DNA of 64,000 nucleotides. Source: Gammaproteobacteria bacterium (GTDB lineage: Bacteria > Pseudomonadota > Gammaproteobacteria > JASBUN01). The translations under genes were made by a program, and so were the position numbers. Below the pieces are notes generated by a model. It ran no database searches, was not told where the DNA came from, and saw nothing but the letters and a program-made list of their open reading frames with translations. Shown here piece after piece: positions 49,637 through 59,063 of this stretch (position 1 is its first letter; every line of letters starts with the position of its first letter). The stretch covers positions 33,146-97,145 of the forward strand of contig JASBUN010000051.1 of NCBI GenBank assembly GCA_030147845.1, given 5' to 3'.

Positions 49637-52303
49637 GTGTCGCGCCCTACTTTTCGCTTTCCGCCGTACGTTCCCTCGTTATTGACCAGCGGCGCCATAG
49701 CTCTGCTTGTGCTGTTGTTCGACCACATATTGCAGGAACGTTACCGGACACAGGAACGTGCCGATGTACTGCATCGGTTGAGCGTCGTGCGTGCTCGATT
49801 GGAGGGCGAGATAAACTCGCGCCTGTACATTGCTCGCGGACTGAAAAGCTATGTGGTCACGCACCCCAACCTGACGTCGTCTGAGTTCCGGCGCTTCGCA
49901 CGCAATCTCATCGCCGGTCAGACCGCCATCCGTGGCGTCCGGTTACTGCCCGAGTCACGCGGCGATAGTGCGTCTCCGGCGGCTCAAGAGCAGTGGATCT
50001 TAGGACAGCGAAATTCGGTAGTACCGCTGCATCACTCGGCGGCGCAGCGTGCGCCGGACAACCATGAGCTGGTGGTATCGGCACCGGCCGGTCTAGGCGC
50101 AGATGGCGATGTGTTCGTCGCACGTGTGCCGATCTATCTGCGCGCGGCCGGCGCCGCCTCCGCAGTGCGCTCGTATTGGGGTACGGCCATAATTCTGCTC
50201 GACGCCCGCGTGATTTTGGCCGAAGCCGGATTGAATCATGTGCCGCCCCGCGATTTGCGCGTGGCGCTGCGCCGCATCTCAGGGACGGCTGATCCTGGAA
50301 CGGTCTTTTATGGCGACCCGACGTTATTCGTTGCCGACCCCGTGGTGCTGCCAGTCACGTTTGCCAGCGGCACATGGGAGTTGGCGGCGGAGCCCGCCGA
50401 CGGCTGGGCTGCGCTGGTGCCGAATCGAGAGTTATGGCGCGCGGGGGGCGTCTTGTTAGCATTGTTGGCTGGCGCGCTGACTTGGCTGTGGGCGCGCTAT
50501 CCGGTGCGTTTACGAAACGAGGTGGAGCGTGCCACCGGTGAGTTGCGCGCCGCACAGGACCAACTGGAGTCCAAAGTCGCCGAGCGTACTTCGGAGTTGG
50601 TATCCGCCAACGCCGCATTGCGTGAAAGCGAAACGCGTTTGGCCGAGGCGCAACAGATAGCGCGCATCGGCAACTGGGAATGGAACGTGCGCTCCAACGA
50701 CCTTTACTGGTCGGATGAGGTATTTGCCATTTTCGGTCTTGATCGTAGCACTTTTGATGGCAGCTACGATGGTTATCGTTCGCGGATTCACCCGGAGGAC
50801 CGCGAGCGCGTGGAACAGGCGGTGATGAACGCGCTGCGTACTGGCCGATTTTATGAGATAGAGCATCGGATAGTGCTCCCCGATGGCGGCGTACGCACCA
50901 TTCATCAGCGCGCGCGCGTCGATGCCGACGAGAACGGAGACGCGGCGCGGATGGCGGGTACCATGCAGGACATTACTGAACGCAAACACACCGAGATTCA
51001 ACTCGAACGTATGGCCTATCACGATTCGCTCACGGGGCTGCCTAACCGCCACCTGCTACGCGATCGGCTACGGCACGCCATGGACAACTCCCGCCGTGGT
51101 CGTCACCGAGTAGCGCTGTTATTCCTGGATCTGGATCGGTTTAAAAACGTCAACGACAGCCTTGGACATGACGCCGGCGATCGCTTATTGGTGCAGGTCG
51201 CGCAACGCTTGTCCAAGCATAAGCGCGAAGAAGATACCCTGGCGCGATTGGGCGGCGACGAGTTCACCATGGTCATCGAGGCTCTGGATGACCCCGATCA
51301 TGCGCGCTTGGTGGCGATCAAGCTGCGCGATGCGCTGGCCGAACGGTTTTTGGTCGATGGGCTGGAGGTGTTTGTGTCGGCGAGCATAGGTATCAGCATG
51401 TATCCCGGCGACGGTGAGGATGTCGATTCGTTGATGAAACACGCTGATACGGCCATGTATCGCGCTAAGGAGCTGGGGCGCGACGGACATCAGTTTTTTT
51501 CCGCCGAGATGAGCGAACGCGCCGACGAGCGCCTGCGGATGGAAACATCATTGTTCCGTGCGCAGCAACGCGAGGAACTCGATCTCTACTATCAACCCGT
51601 GATTGATCTTGCCAGCGGACACATTGTCGCGTTTGAAGCATTGGCGCGCTGGCGTCATCCTGCATATGGCATGCTCGGCCCGCGTGACTTCATTCCGTTG
51701 GCCGAGGAAACGGGTCTGGCCGTCGCGATCGGCCATCACATCCTGCGTATGGCGTGCGGCCAGAGTCGGCGCTGGCGGCTGGAATCGTGCCCACCGGTGC
51801 GGCTGCTGGTGAACGTGTCGCCGCGCCAATTGGCCGGTGACACGTTTGCCGCCGATGTCGAGTTATTACTACGCGAGTCCGGACTCGGTCCCGAGTCGTT
51901 GGGTCTGGAGATCACCGAGCACTTGCTGTTGGAAGACGATCAACGAGTGAATGCCGCGCTGCAAAAGTTGCATGACATGCGGGTTTCTGTGGCGATCGAC
52001 GATTTTGGAACCGGCCATTCCGCATTTTCTTATCTCAAGCGACTTGCGATCAGCACGTTGAAGATCGACCGCAGTTTTATCACCGATGTCGCCATCGATG
52101 CGAGCGACGCAGCCATTGTTGAGGCAATCATCATCATGGGGCACAAGCTTGGCTTGAACATCATTGCCGAGGGGGTGGAAACCGCATCACAGGCCGAATT
52201 TCTGCGCGCTGCCGGTTGCGACGCGGCGCAGGGTTGGTTGTACAGCCGCGCGGTTCCGGCCGCTCAGGTGCCGGCGCTACTGCAACGCTACGGGGTTTTG
52301 TAA
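49637..52303 (+). CDS. Membrane-anchored sensor protein: periplasmic sensor domain, PAS, GGDEF and EAL (c-di-GMP cyclase/phosphodiesterase).
   Basis: Two transmembrane segments flank a ~250-aa periplasmic region. PAS (IGNWEWNVRSNDLYWSDEVFAIFGL). GGDEF (RLGGDEFTMVI). EAL (EALARWRH...). GTG at 49637. Confidence 0.85.
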   Translation: MSRPTFRFPPYVPSLLTSGAIALLVLLFDHILQERYRTQERADVLHRLSVVRARLEGEINSRLYIARGLKSYVVTHPNLTSSEFRRFARNLIAGQTAIRGVRLLPESRGDSASPAAQEQWILGQRNSVVPLHHSAAQRAPDNHELVVSAPAGLGADGDVFVARVPIYLRAAGAASAVRSYWGTAIILLDARVILAEAGLNHVPPRDLRVALRRISGTADPGTVFYGDPTLFVADPVVLPVTFASGTWELAAEPADGWAALVPNRELWRAGGVLLALLAGALTWLWARYPVRLRNEVERATGELRAAQDQLESKVAERTSELVSANAALRESETRLAEAQQIARIGNWEWNVRSNDLYWSDEVFAIFGLDRSTFDGSYDGYRSRIHPEDRERVEQAVMNALRTGRFYEIEHRIVLPDGGVRTIHQRARVDADENGDAARMAGTMQDITERKHTEIQLERMAYHDSLTGLPNRHLLRDRLRHAMDNSRRGRHRVALLFLDLDRFKNVNDSLGHDAGDRLLVQVAQRLSKHKREEDTLARLGGDEFTMVIEALDDPDHARLVAIKLRDALAERFLVDGLEVFVSASIGISMYPGDGEDVDSLMKHADTAMYRAKELGRDGHQFFSAEMSERADERLRMETSLFRAQQREELDLYYQPVIDLASGHIVAFEALARWRHPAYGMLGPRDFIPLAEETGLAVAIGHHILRMACGQSRRWRLESCPPVRLLVNVSPRQLAGDTFAADVELLLRESGLGPESLGLEITEHLLLEDDQRVNAALQKLHDMRVSVAIDDFGTGHSAFSYLKRLAISTLKIDRSFITDVAIDASDAAIVEAIIIMGHKLGLNIIAEGVETASQAEFLRAAGCDAAQGWLYSRAVPAAQVPALLQRYGVL

Positions 52304-52506
52304 GCGCCGCGAACCCGGCGCGCTTGGTGGACGGTGAGTTGGCGCTGCCGGGGCGCGTTTCATATCCACAAACAAAACGCGGATTGGGAATAGCGTGGAC
52401 CGGTCAAGCGTCTATTCTATTCTCAGTGTGGACGGCGTAGATTTGTCAGCTTTAGGCTCAGTAGGCCCCGATGTAAACCCATAACTAGATGAGGAGAACT
52501 AAACCC

Positions 52507-52953
52507 ATGTTTCGAGTCATGCATTCTTTTTTCCTGGCTACCGTGCTTTTGGGTATAACCGTTGCGTCGCCCGTGCGTGCGGACGAATCGCATCCGTTCG
52601 CCACGGCACACTATGTGCTACAGGTCAGCCAGGATGATCCGGCGCGTTGGAAGTTGGCCATGAACAACGCCGTCAACTTGCAGCAGCATTATGGTCCAGA
52701 CAAGGTCGACGTGGTTATCGTCGCTTATGGCCCCGGACTGAAAATGTTACTCAAGAACGCCAAGACCTCGAAGCGGGTCGAGAGTCTGTCGGCTGCCGGT
52801 ATCGAGTTCGATGCTTGCCACAACACCATGAAGGCAATGGCCAAGAAGCTTGGTCATATGCCCAAGCTTACGCCGGCGGCAAAGGTGGTGCCTGGCGGCG
52901 TGATCCGGATTGGTGAACTCGAACAGAAGGGCTATTCCTACATCAAGCCCTAA
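52507..52953 (+). CDS. Secreted DsrE/DsrF-like (YchN fold) family protein.
   Basis: ATG at 52507 with GAGGAG 9 nt upstream. Signal peptide ...SPVRA. DsrE-like core with a conserved Cys in a DACHNT-like context. Confidence 0.55.
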   Translation: MFRVMHSFFLATVLLGITVASPVRADESHPFATAHYVLQVSQDDPARWKLAMNNAVNLQQHYGPDKVDVVIVAYGPGLKMLLKNAKTSKRVESLSAAGIEFDACHNTMKAMAKKLGHMPKLTPAAKVVPGGVIRIGELEQKGYSYIKP

Positions 52954-53391
52954 CGCGGATGCGTTGCAGCGGTGGTCCCATGGCGCCCGGTCGTAGGTGT
53001 TGGCGCGCTCGTGGGACACCGCATTTTCGGGTAATTTCTACCACTCCGCGCCGCCTTCGCCTATCGCCAGCCGCGCGCCCGCGCCGGCTGTAATCGGCGC
53101 ACTTCGATTTCACCGGGCAATTGATGCTCTCCTAGTTACACAACGAACCGCATGCCGGCTTCGCCGCCGAGCGCACGCTGCGCCTGCGCCGGTATGCGCC
53201 CGACATGGCGGCACGCGACCGTTACCCCCATCCGCCACAGCGGTGGTACTGCCGAGCGTTTGCCGGTACCGTAGCCACATGATGAGCGAGGAGGCCGTGC
53301 GCGGTTATCATCCGCAAAACAATATTTTTTAAATATATTATTATGTACGCATATCGTTCAACCGAATGCGGCCACGGAATAGACGTTTCCC

Positions 53392-55737
53392 ATGCAAAGT
53401 CAGCAAACCCCAATTTTGAAGGACATTGTTTTGATCGGCGGCGGACACAGTCATGTCGCCGTGCTCAAACGCTTCGGTATGCGGCCGCTGCCGGGTGTAC
53501 GTCTGACGCTGATTTCTCGCGACATCCTCACACCGTACTCGGGCATGCTGCCGGGTTATATTGCGGGTCATTATGGATTCGATGACAGCCACGTGGATCT
53601 TCGTCCACTGGCCCAGTTCGCCGGCGCTCGCCTCATTCACGACGCAATGACCGGCCTCGATCTCGAACGGCGCTCGGTCATGTGTGAGAATCGTCCGCCG
53701 ATTGCTTACGACGTGCTTTCTATCGACATTGGTTCGACGCCGCGAACCATCGAGGCGCAAGGCGCGGCCGAGTACGCGCTTCCAGTCAAGCCGGTGGCCG
53801 GCTTCCTTGCCGGTTGGAAAGACATCGAACGCCGCGCGCGGGCGGCGGGTTCGGGATTTCGCATTGCCATCGTCGGTGCTGGTGCGGGCGGCGTCGAATT
53901 GACGCTGTCGCTGCAAAATCGACTCGCACAGCACGGTAGTGCGGATAATGGCTCGTTGGCGCGCTTCGTATTGGTAACCAGTTCCGCTGAAATCCTACCG
54001 ACCCACAATGCTCGCGTACGTAAAAAATTTACCCGTATCCTTCGGCAGCGGCAGGTCGACGTTTACACCGGCCACTCGGTGGTGGCGGTCGAGCCCCATC
54101 AGTTGCGCTGCGCCAATGGCGAGCAGGTTGCTTGTGACGCAGTGATATGGGTGACGCAGGCGTCGGCACTCGAATGGCTGTCGCGTAGCGGCTTGGACGT
54201 CAATGAGGATGGTTTCATACTGGTTAACGATTTTCTCCAGTCGTCGTCACATGCTGACGTGTTCGCCGCCGGCGATGTCGCCACCATGATCAATCACCCG
54301 CGCCCCAAATCCGGCGTCATGGCGGTACGTCAGGGTCCGCCGTTGGCCGAAAATTTGCGTCGCGCCGTGGTTGGTCGGCGGTTGAAGCGCCTGCGCCCAC
54401 AACGTCACTTTTTGAGTTTGATCAGCACCGGCGACCGCTATGCGGTGGCGTCGCGCACCGGACTTGCGGTCGAAGGCGCCTGGGTGTGGCGCTGGAAGGA
54501 CCATATCGACCGCAAATGGATGGCCAAGTATCGCGAGTTGCCCGAAATGGGTGTGGCCCGCGGTCCCGCTATCGATCAACGCCTGGGCGATGGCGAGACG
54601 CTGACGGCAATCTCAGCGCTGGCCATGCGTTGCGGCGGTTGTGGCTCCAAGGTCGGCAGCACGCTTCTCAGTCGCGTACTGCACCAAGTGCATCCGGTCG
54701 AGCGCGATGACGTGCTGGTGGGGCTGAAGGATCCGGATGATGCCGCCGTGGTTGAAGTGCCGCCCGGAAAGGTGATCATTCATACCGTTGATTTTTTCCG
54801 TTCCTTTATTGACGACGCTTATATCTTCGGTCGCATCGCCGCCAATCATGCCTTGAGCGATATCTACGCCATGGGCGCCGAGCCGCAGAGCGCGTTGGCG
54901 CTTGCGACTTTACCGTTTGGTCTCGAGCGCAAAATGGAGCAGACCTTGTTCGAAGTCATCAGCGGCGCCATGGAAGCCTTGTCCGAGTCCGGCGCGGCCT
55001 TGGTCGGTGGTCATACCAATGAAGGCCAGGAGCTGGTGTTCGGTCTATCGGTCAACGGTTTGGCCGACCGTAACGACATGCTGCGCAAAGTCGGCATGCG
55101 ACCGGGCGACGTATTGGTGTTGACCAAGGCGGTGGGTACCGGCACTATTTTCGCAGCCGATATGCGCGCCAAGGCCAAGGGGCGATGGGTAGAGGCGGCT
55201 TTGCAAAGTATGTTGCAGTCGAACAAGGCAGCGGCCGAGTGCGTGCACCGCTACGGCGCGCGCGCTTGCACAGACGTTACCGGTTTTGGGCTGCTGGGTC
55301 ATCTGGTCGAAATGACCAAGCCATCGGCGGTGGATGCCGAGTTGTTCTTGGAGTCGTTGCCGATATTGGATGGCGCGACCGAAACCATTGCGCAAGGCAT
55401 ATTCAGTTCCCTGCAACCGGAGAACATTCGTTTGCGGCGCGCCATCGCTAATCTTTCCGAGGCAGCCGATCACGCCCTATACCCATTACTGTTTGATCCG
55501 CAGACCGCCGGTGGACTGCTGGCGTGTATCCCAGCCGCGAACGTGTCGGCTTGCATCGACGAGTTGCACGCGCTTGGCTATACGCAGGCGGGCGTGATTG
55601 GTATCGTTCGCGCCATGGGCGCCGGGCTTGAGCCGATTACGCTGCGGTTGCGACCGGCGCCAACGGAATTTGAGGAGCAGGATGACTTGGCGCCGCTTGG
55701 CAACAATCGACCTGCCAAGGCGCGCGCTAAGTCTTGA
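53392..55737 (+). CDS. selD: Bifunctional FAD-dependent pyridine-nucleotide-disulfide oxidoreductase (NADH-dehydrogenase-like) fused to selenide, water dikinase SelD (Cys-type). Candidate SenC of a selenoneine locus.
   Basis: N-terminal ~390 aa carry Rossmann motifs (VLIGGGHSH, IAIVGAGAGG, FAAGDVA). The SelD domain starts ~aa 400 with LAMRCGGCGSKVG (the catalytic Cys of a non-Sec SelD) and has the PurM-like fold (VGG HTNEG..., GFGLLGHL). Confidence 0.85.
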   Translation: MQSQQTPILKDIVLIGGGHSHVAVLKRFGMRPLPGVRLTLISRDILTPYSGMLPGYIAGHYGFDDSHVDLRPLAQFAGARLIHDAMTGLDLERRSVMCENRPPIAYDVLSIDIGSTPRTIEAQGAAEYALPVKPVAGFLAGWKDIERRARAAGSGFRIAIVGAGAGGVELTLSLQNRLAQHGSADNGSLARFVLVTSSAEILPTHNARVRKKFTRILRQRQVDVYTGHSVVAVEPHQLRCANGEQVACDAVIWVTQASALEWLSRSGLDVNEDGFILVNDFLQSSSHADVFAAGDVATMINHPRPKSGVMAVRQGPPLAENLRRAVVGRRLKRLRPQRHFLSLISTGDRYAVASRTGLAVEGAWVWRWKDHIDRKWMAKYRELPEMGVARGPAIDQRLGDGETLTAISALAMRCGGCGSKVGSTLLSRVLHQVHPVERDDVLVGLKDPDDAAVVEVPPGKVIIHTVDFFRSFIDDAYIFGRIAANHALSDIYAMGAEPQSALALATLPFGLERKMEQTLFEVISGAMEALSESGAALVGGHTNEGQELVFGLSVNGLADRNDMLRKVGMRPGDVLVLTKAVGTGTIFAADMRAKAKGRWVEAALQSMLQSNKAAAECVHRYGARACTDVTGFGLLGHLVEMTKPSAVDAELFLESLPILDGATETIAQGIFSSLQPENIRLRRAIANLSEAADHALYPLLFDPQTAGGLLACIPAANVSACIDELHALGYTQAGVIGIVRAMGAGLEPITLRLRPAPTEFEEQDDLAPLGNNRPAKARAKS

Positions 55738-56686
55738 TTAGTTCATCGACGACACCAAGCACGGCGCCGGCTTCGCTCGCAGGCGTGAATCGGGGTGCTT
55801 TATCGGCGCATTGTTGCTGTAGGCGGGTGTAGAACGCAGCATCCTGTTCGGCGCGCCGTAGTAGTTCAGCCAAGGCGCGTTCGTCCTCGAGCGCGTAATA
55901 GCCGGCATAGTCCTCGCCCAGCAGTCCCACCGAGCCGTCTATGCGTGATGCGATGACCGGCAACCCCGCCACCACCGCTTCTGAGATTACATTGGCGCCG
56001 CCCTCCATGCGTGATGACAGTACCATCAGATGACAACGCCCCATCAATCGGCGCACCTGCCAATGCGGAATCTCGCCGAGCCACTGATAACGTGGATTAT
56101 CGGCGACTTCCGCCCGCACGGCTTTGGACCAGTCTTGGTCGTGGGCTTTGCCGGCGTGCAAGACGCGGATGCGCGAACTGTCCGGAAGATGGCGCGCAGC
56201 GAGCGCCGTACGCAGCGGATCTTTTTCTTCACGCAAATGACCGACCACGCAGACATCGAAACCGTGTCCGCGCCGCAGGTAACTGCTAGGCAGCGGCGCT
56301 GCGGACTGGTGGATGACCCGTACTTTGCTCCGAAACTGTGTCGGTAACGCCTCATGCGCCTTGTCATGTAATACCATTAATCGTTGTGCGCGCTCGATCG
56401 AGCCCAAAGTGACGGCGGCATCTGTGTGCATGAAACGGTAAAGATCGGTGCCGGTGAGTGCTACAATCAACGGGCGTTGCGGGTAACGTTCGTGAAATGC
56501 GCGTATGGCCGCTGCGCTACGCCAAGCGTGCAAGGCAATCATGGCGTCGGCATTGCCGCCATCGTAATCGGTGGCAATTGCGACGCGATGGCCGCCTTGG
56601 CGCAGGAAACGCGCCCAACGTACCGCCGTGGCGCGATTGCCGGCGCGAGCGCTCGGCCGCGCCGGTGTGATTAACGCAATACGCAT
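55727..56686 (-). CDS. GT-B fold glycosyltransferase, candidate selenosugar synthase SenB.
   Basis: N-terminus MRIALITPA. C-terminal GT1/GT4-type EX7E-like region (...GGANVISEAVVAGLPVIAS...). Sandwiched between the selD fusion and the EgtB-family gene. ATG at 56686; the stop overlaps the selD 3' end by 11 nt. Confidence 0.65.
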   Translation of the reverse strand: MRIALITPARPSARAGNRATAVRWARFLRQGGHRVAIATDYDGGNADAMIALHAWRSAAAIRAFHERYPQRPLIVALTGTDLYRFMHTDAAVTLGSIERAQRLMVLHDKAHEALPTQFRSKVRVIHQSAAPLPSSYLRRGHGFDVCVVGHLREEKDPLRTALAARHLPDSSRIRVLHAGKAHDQDWSKAVRAEVADNPRYQWLGEIPHWQVRRLMGRCHLMVLSSRMEGGANVISEAVVAGLPVIASRIDGSVGLLGEDYAGYYALEDERALAELLRRAEQDAAFYTRLQQQCADKAPRFTPASEAGAVLGVVDELIKT

Positions 56687-56703
56687 GTTTGAAATTTCAT
56701 TTC

Positions 56704-57993
56704 ATGGCCATTGATCGACAAATTTTACTCGACAATCTAAATGACGCGCGACTGCGTACTTTGGAACTCGTTCGCGGCCTCGATGCCGAGCAGCTGATGG
56801 GGCCGAAGTTGCCGACGGTGAATCCGTTACTGTGGGAAATCGGCCATTTGGCTTGGTTTCACGAGCACTGGATATTACGTCGCCTCGATGGGCGGTCGCC
56901 GCTACTGGCAAATGCGGATGCGCTCTACGACTCGACCCATGTCGCCCACGATACGCGCTGGAGCCTTGCGCTGCCGACGCTCGACGGCACGTTGGCCTAT
57001 ATGAACGCGGTGCATCAATCGCTCATCGATCGGCTCGATCATGAGCCGAGCGCGGACGAACAGTATTTTTACCAGCTTACCGCCTTCCACGAAGATATGC
57101 ACACCGAAGCATTTATCTACACGCGCCAGGCGCTGGCTTACCCGGCGCCATCATTCGCGGCTAGTCATGCCGATGCCGAAGCCGCAGGTGCGCTGCACGG
57201 CGATGTTGCGATCGCCGGCGGTGAACTGCAACTCGGTGCGGACAAGGCGCAGGAGTTTGTATTTGACAACGAAAAGTGGGCGCATCCGGTTGTTGTGGCG
57301 CCGTTTCACATGGCCAGAGCGGCGCTGACCAATGCTGAATACGCCGCCTTTGTCGAGGCAGGCGGCTACCGGCAGCAAGCTTTATGGACTAGTGACGGTT
57401 GGGCTTGGCGCGAAAAAGCGGGTTTGCAGTGTCCAGTATATTGGCGCTCGACGGCTGATGGTTGGCAGGTGCGGTATTTCGACGGCTGGCGAACGTTGGC
57501 GCCGCACCAACCGGTGATACACGTCAGTTGGTACGAGGCCGATGCCTATTGCCGTTGGGCAGGGCGGCGTTTGCCGACGGAGGCGGAGTGGGAGCTTGCG
57601 GCCGCGACAGAGCCGCACGGAGACGGTATTGCGGGAAACAAACGACGTTATCCGTGGGATAACGCACCGCCGACCGCGCGGCATGCCAATCTCGACGGTC
57701 GTCAGCTCGGTTGTGTCGATGTCGCTGCTTGTGCCGACGGCGACAGCGCCTATGGCTGCCGGCAAATGCTCGGCAACGTATGGGAGTGGACCGCCAGCGA
57801 CTTTCAGCCCTTTCCAGGCTTTTCGCCCGACCCGTATCGCGAGTATTCCGAACCCTGGTTCGGCACTCGCAAGGTGCTTCGCGGCGGTTCTTGGGCGACG
57901 CGTTCAAGAATGCTTTGGAATACGTGGCGTAACTTCTTCCCGCCCGATCGCAACGATATTTTTGCCGGTTTTCGTACCTGCGCATTGACCTGA
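56704..57993 (+). CDS. EgtB-family (DinB_2 plus FGE-sulfatase domains) C-S/C-Se bond-forming enzyme, candidate selenoneine synthase SenA.
   Basis: N-terminus aligns with EgtB (LLDNLNDARLRTLELV...LLWEIGHLAWFHEHW). Iron ligands HEDMH are present. C-terminal FGE-sulfatase-like fold (GNVWEWT...RGGSWAT). ATG at 56704, only 17 bp from the divergent SenB-like start. Confidence 0.8.
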   Translation: MAIDRQILLDNLNDARLRTLELVRGLDAEQLMGPKLPTVNPLLWEIGHLAWFHEHWILRRLDGRSPLLANADALYDSTHVAHDTRWSLALPTLDGTLAYMNAVHQSLIDRLDHEPSADEQYFYQLTAFHEDMHTEAFIYTRQALAYPAPSFAASHADAEAAGALHGDVAIAGGELQLGADKAQEFVFDNEKWAHPVVVAPFHMARAALTNAEYAAFVEAGGYRQQALWTSDGWAWREKAGLQCPVYWRSTADGWQVRYFDGWRTLAPHQPVIHVSWYEADAYCRWAGRRLPTEAEWELAAATEPHGDGIAGNKRRYPWDNAPPTARHANLDGRQLGCVDVAACADGDSAYGCRQMLGNVWEWTASDFQPFPGFSPDPYREYSEPWFGTRKVLRGGSWATRSRMLWNTWRNFFPPDRNDIFAGFRTCALT

Positions 57994-58028
57994 CGTGATC
58001 TAGGTGGGTCGCCCCTGATCCTGGTCGT

Positions 58029-58766
58029 TTAAAGTATTTTCCATAGCCCCATGACGCTCACTACCATCAGGCCGGCACCGATCCAGCGGGTAAACACGCT
58101 ATGGTTTTTGAGTATGTAGTCGTGCGTCTTCAGTCCCAGGAAGTGGCCGATGGCGGCGACCGGCAGCAGAATCAAGGCGGCCGCCATATGCAGCGGCACG
58201 TCGAATACAATAAATGTCGCCATCTTGATGGTGACCAAAATGAACCAAAGCACGAACAGCGTATTGCGCAGTTGCGGCAGCGCCACGTTACGCATGAACA
58301 CGGCAATCATGACCGGCGCGCCACTGAGCGAGGTTCCGGTAATGTAGCCGCCGAGCACCAACAGCAGTTTGTCGACCCAGGCGCGGTGGCTGTGGATGGT
58401 CCAGTTCATCAGCCAGAGCACCGAGTAAAACAACGTCACTGAGTAGATGAACAACAGTAGCCACAGCGTCGGCAGTTTGATCAGGCCGAGCACGCCGACT
58501 ACGGCCGCCGGGACGACGTACGGCGAGCTACGGCGGAGAAATCCCCAGTCGACGTTGTGCAGGCGTGTGCGCAGCGTCAGTGTTGAGAAAAATAAAAGAT
58601 GGAGACCGATAATCGGCAGCCATAGCAGCGGTTCATCATTGATCAGGAGTAACAACGGCAAGCCCAAGGCAGCGCCGCCAAAGCCCAAGCCGCTGCGTAT
58701 AAAGCCGCTCCATACGAACAGCAGGGCAACGAGGCCGATTTGAAACGTGCTTAGGTCGTGCAACAT
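58029..58766 (-). CDS. TauE/SafE (TSUP, DUF81) family anion/sulfite-type exporter.
   Basis: Eight predicted transmembrane segments. Two TSUP repeats with the G-rich motifs SGLGFGGAAL and GGYITGTSLSGAPV. ATG at 58766; the track ORF starts at TTG 58823. Confidence 0.8.
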   Translation of the reverse strand: MLHDLSTFQIGLVALLFVWSGFIRSGLGFGGAALGLPLLLLINDEPLLWLPIIGLHLLFFSTLTLRTRLHNVDWGFLRRSSPYVVPAAVVGVLGLIKLPTLWLLLFIYSVTLFYSVLWLMNWTIHSHRAWVDKLLLVLGGYITGTSLSGAPVMIAVFMRNVALPQLRNTLFVLWFILVTIKMATFIVFDVPLHMAAALILLPVAAIGHFLGLKTHDYILKNHSVFTRWIGAGLMVVSVMGLWKIL

Positions 58767-59063
58767 GACATCAAGTAACGGTCGGTGATGTTGTAGTGCC
58801 ACAAGATGGAGCACAGTGCGCAAAAATGGAGCACATATTTATCCGCTGTGGTTGCACACGCGCGCCCCCCGAGTTGCCGCCAAGTCGAAGCGCGAATCGT
58901 ATCGGCTTGGGTGCGCTCAAGCATCTGTTTTTACGGATTTACCGTGACCTGCGAATGTAGAGCGTAGGAATGTTCGGGCAAACGCATCTTGCATTTTCAT
59001 AGCGAACAGCTTACATACGTAACTGAGATATATGAGATAACAAATCAGCGGGGGAATCCTATC

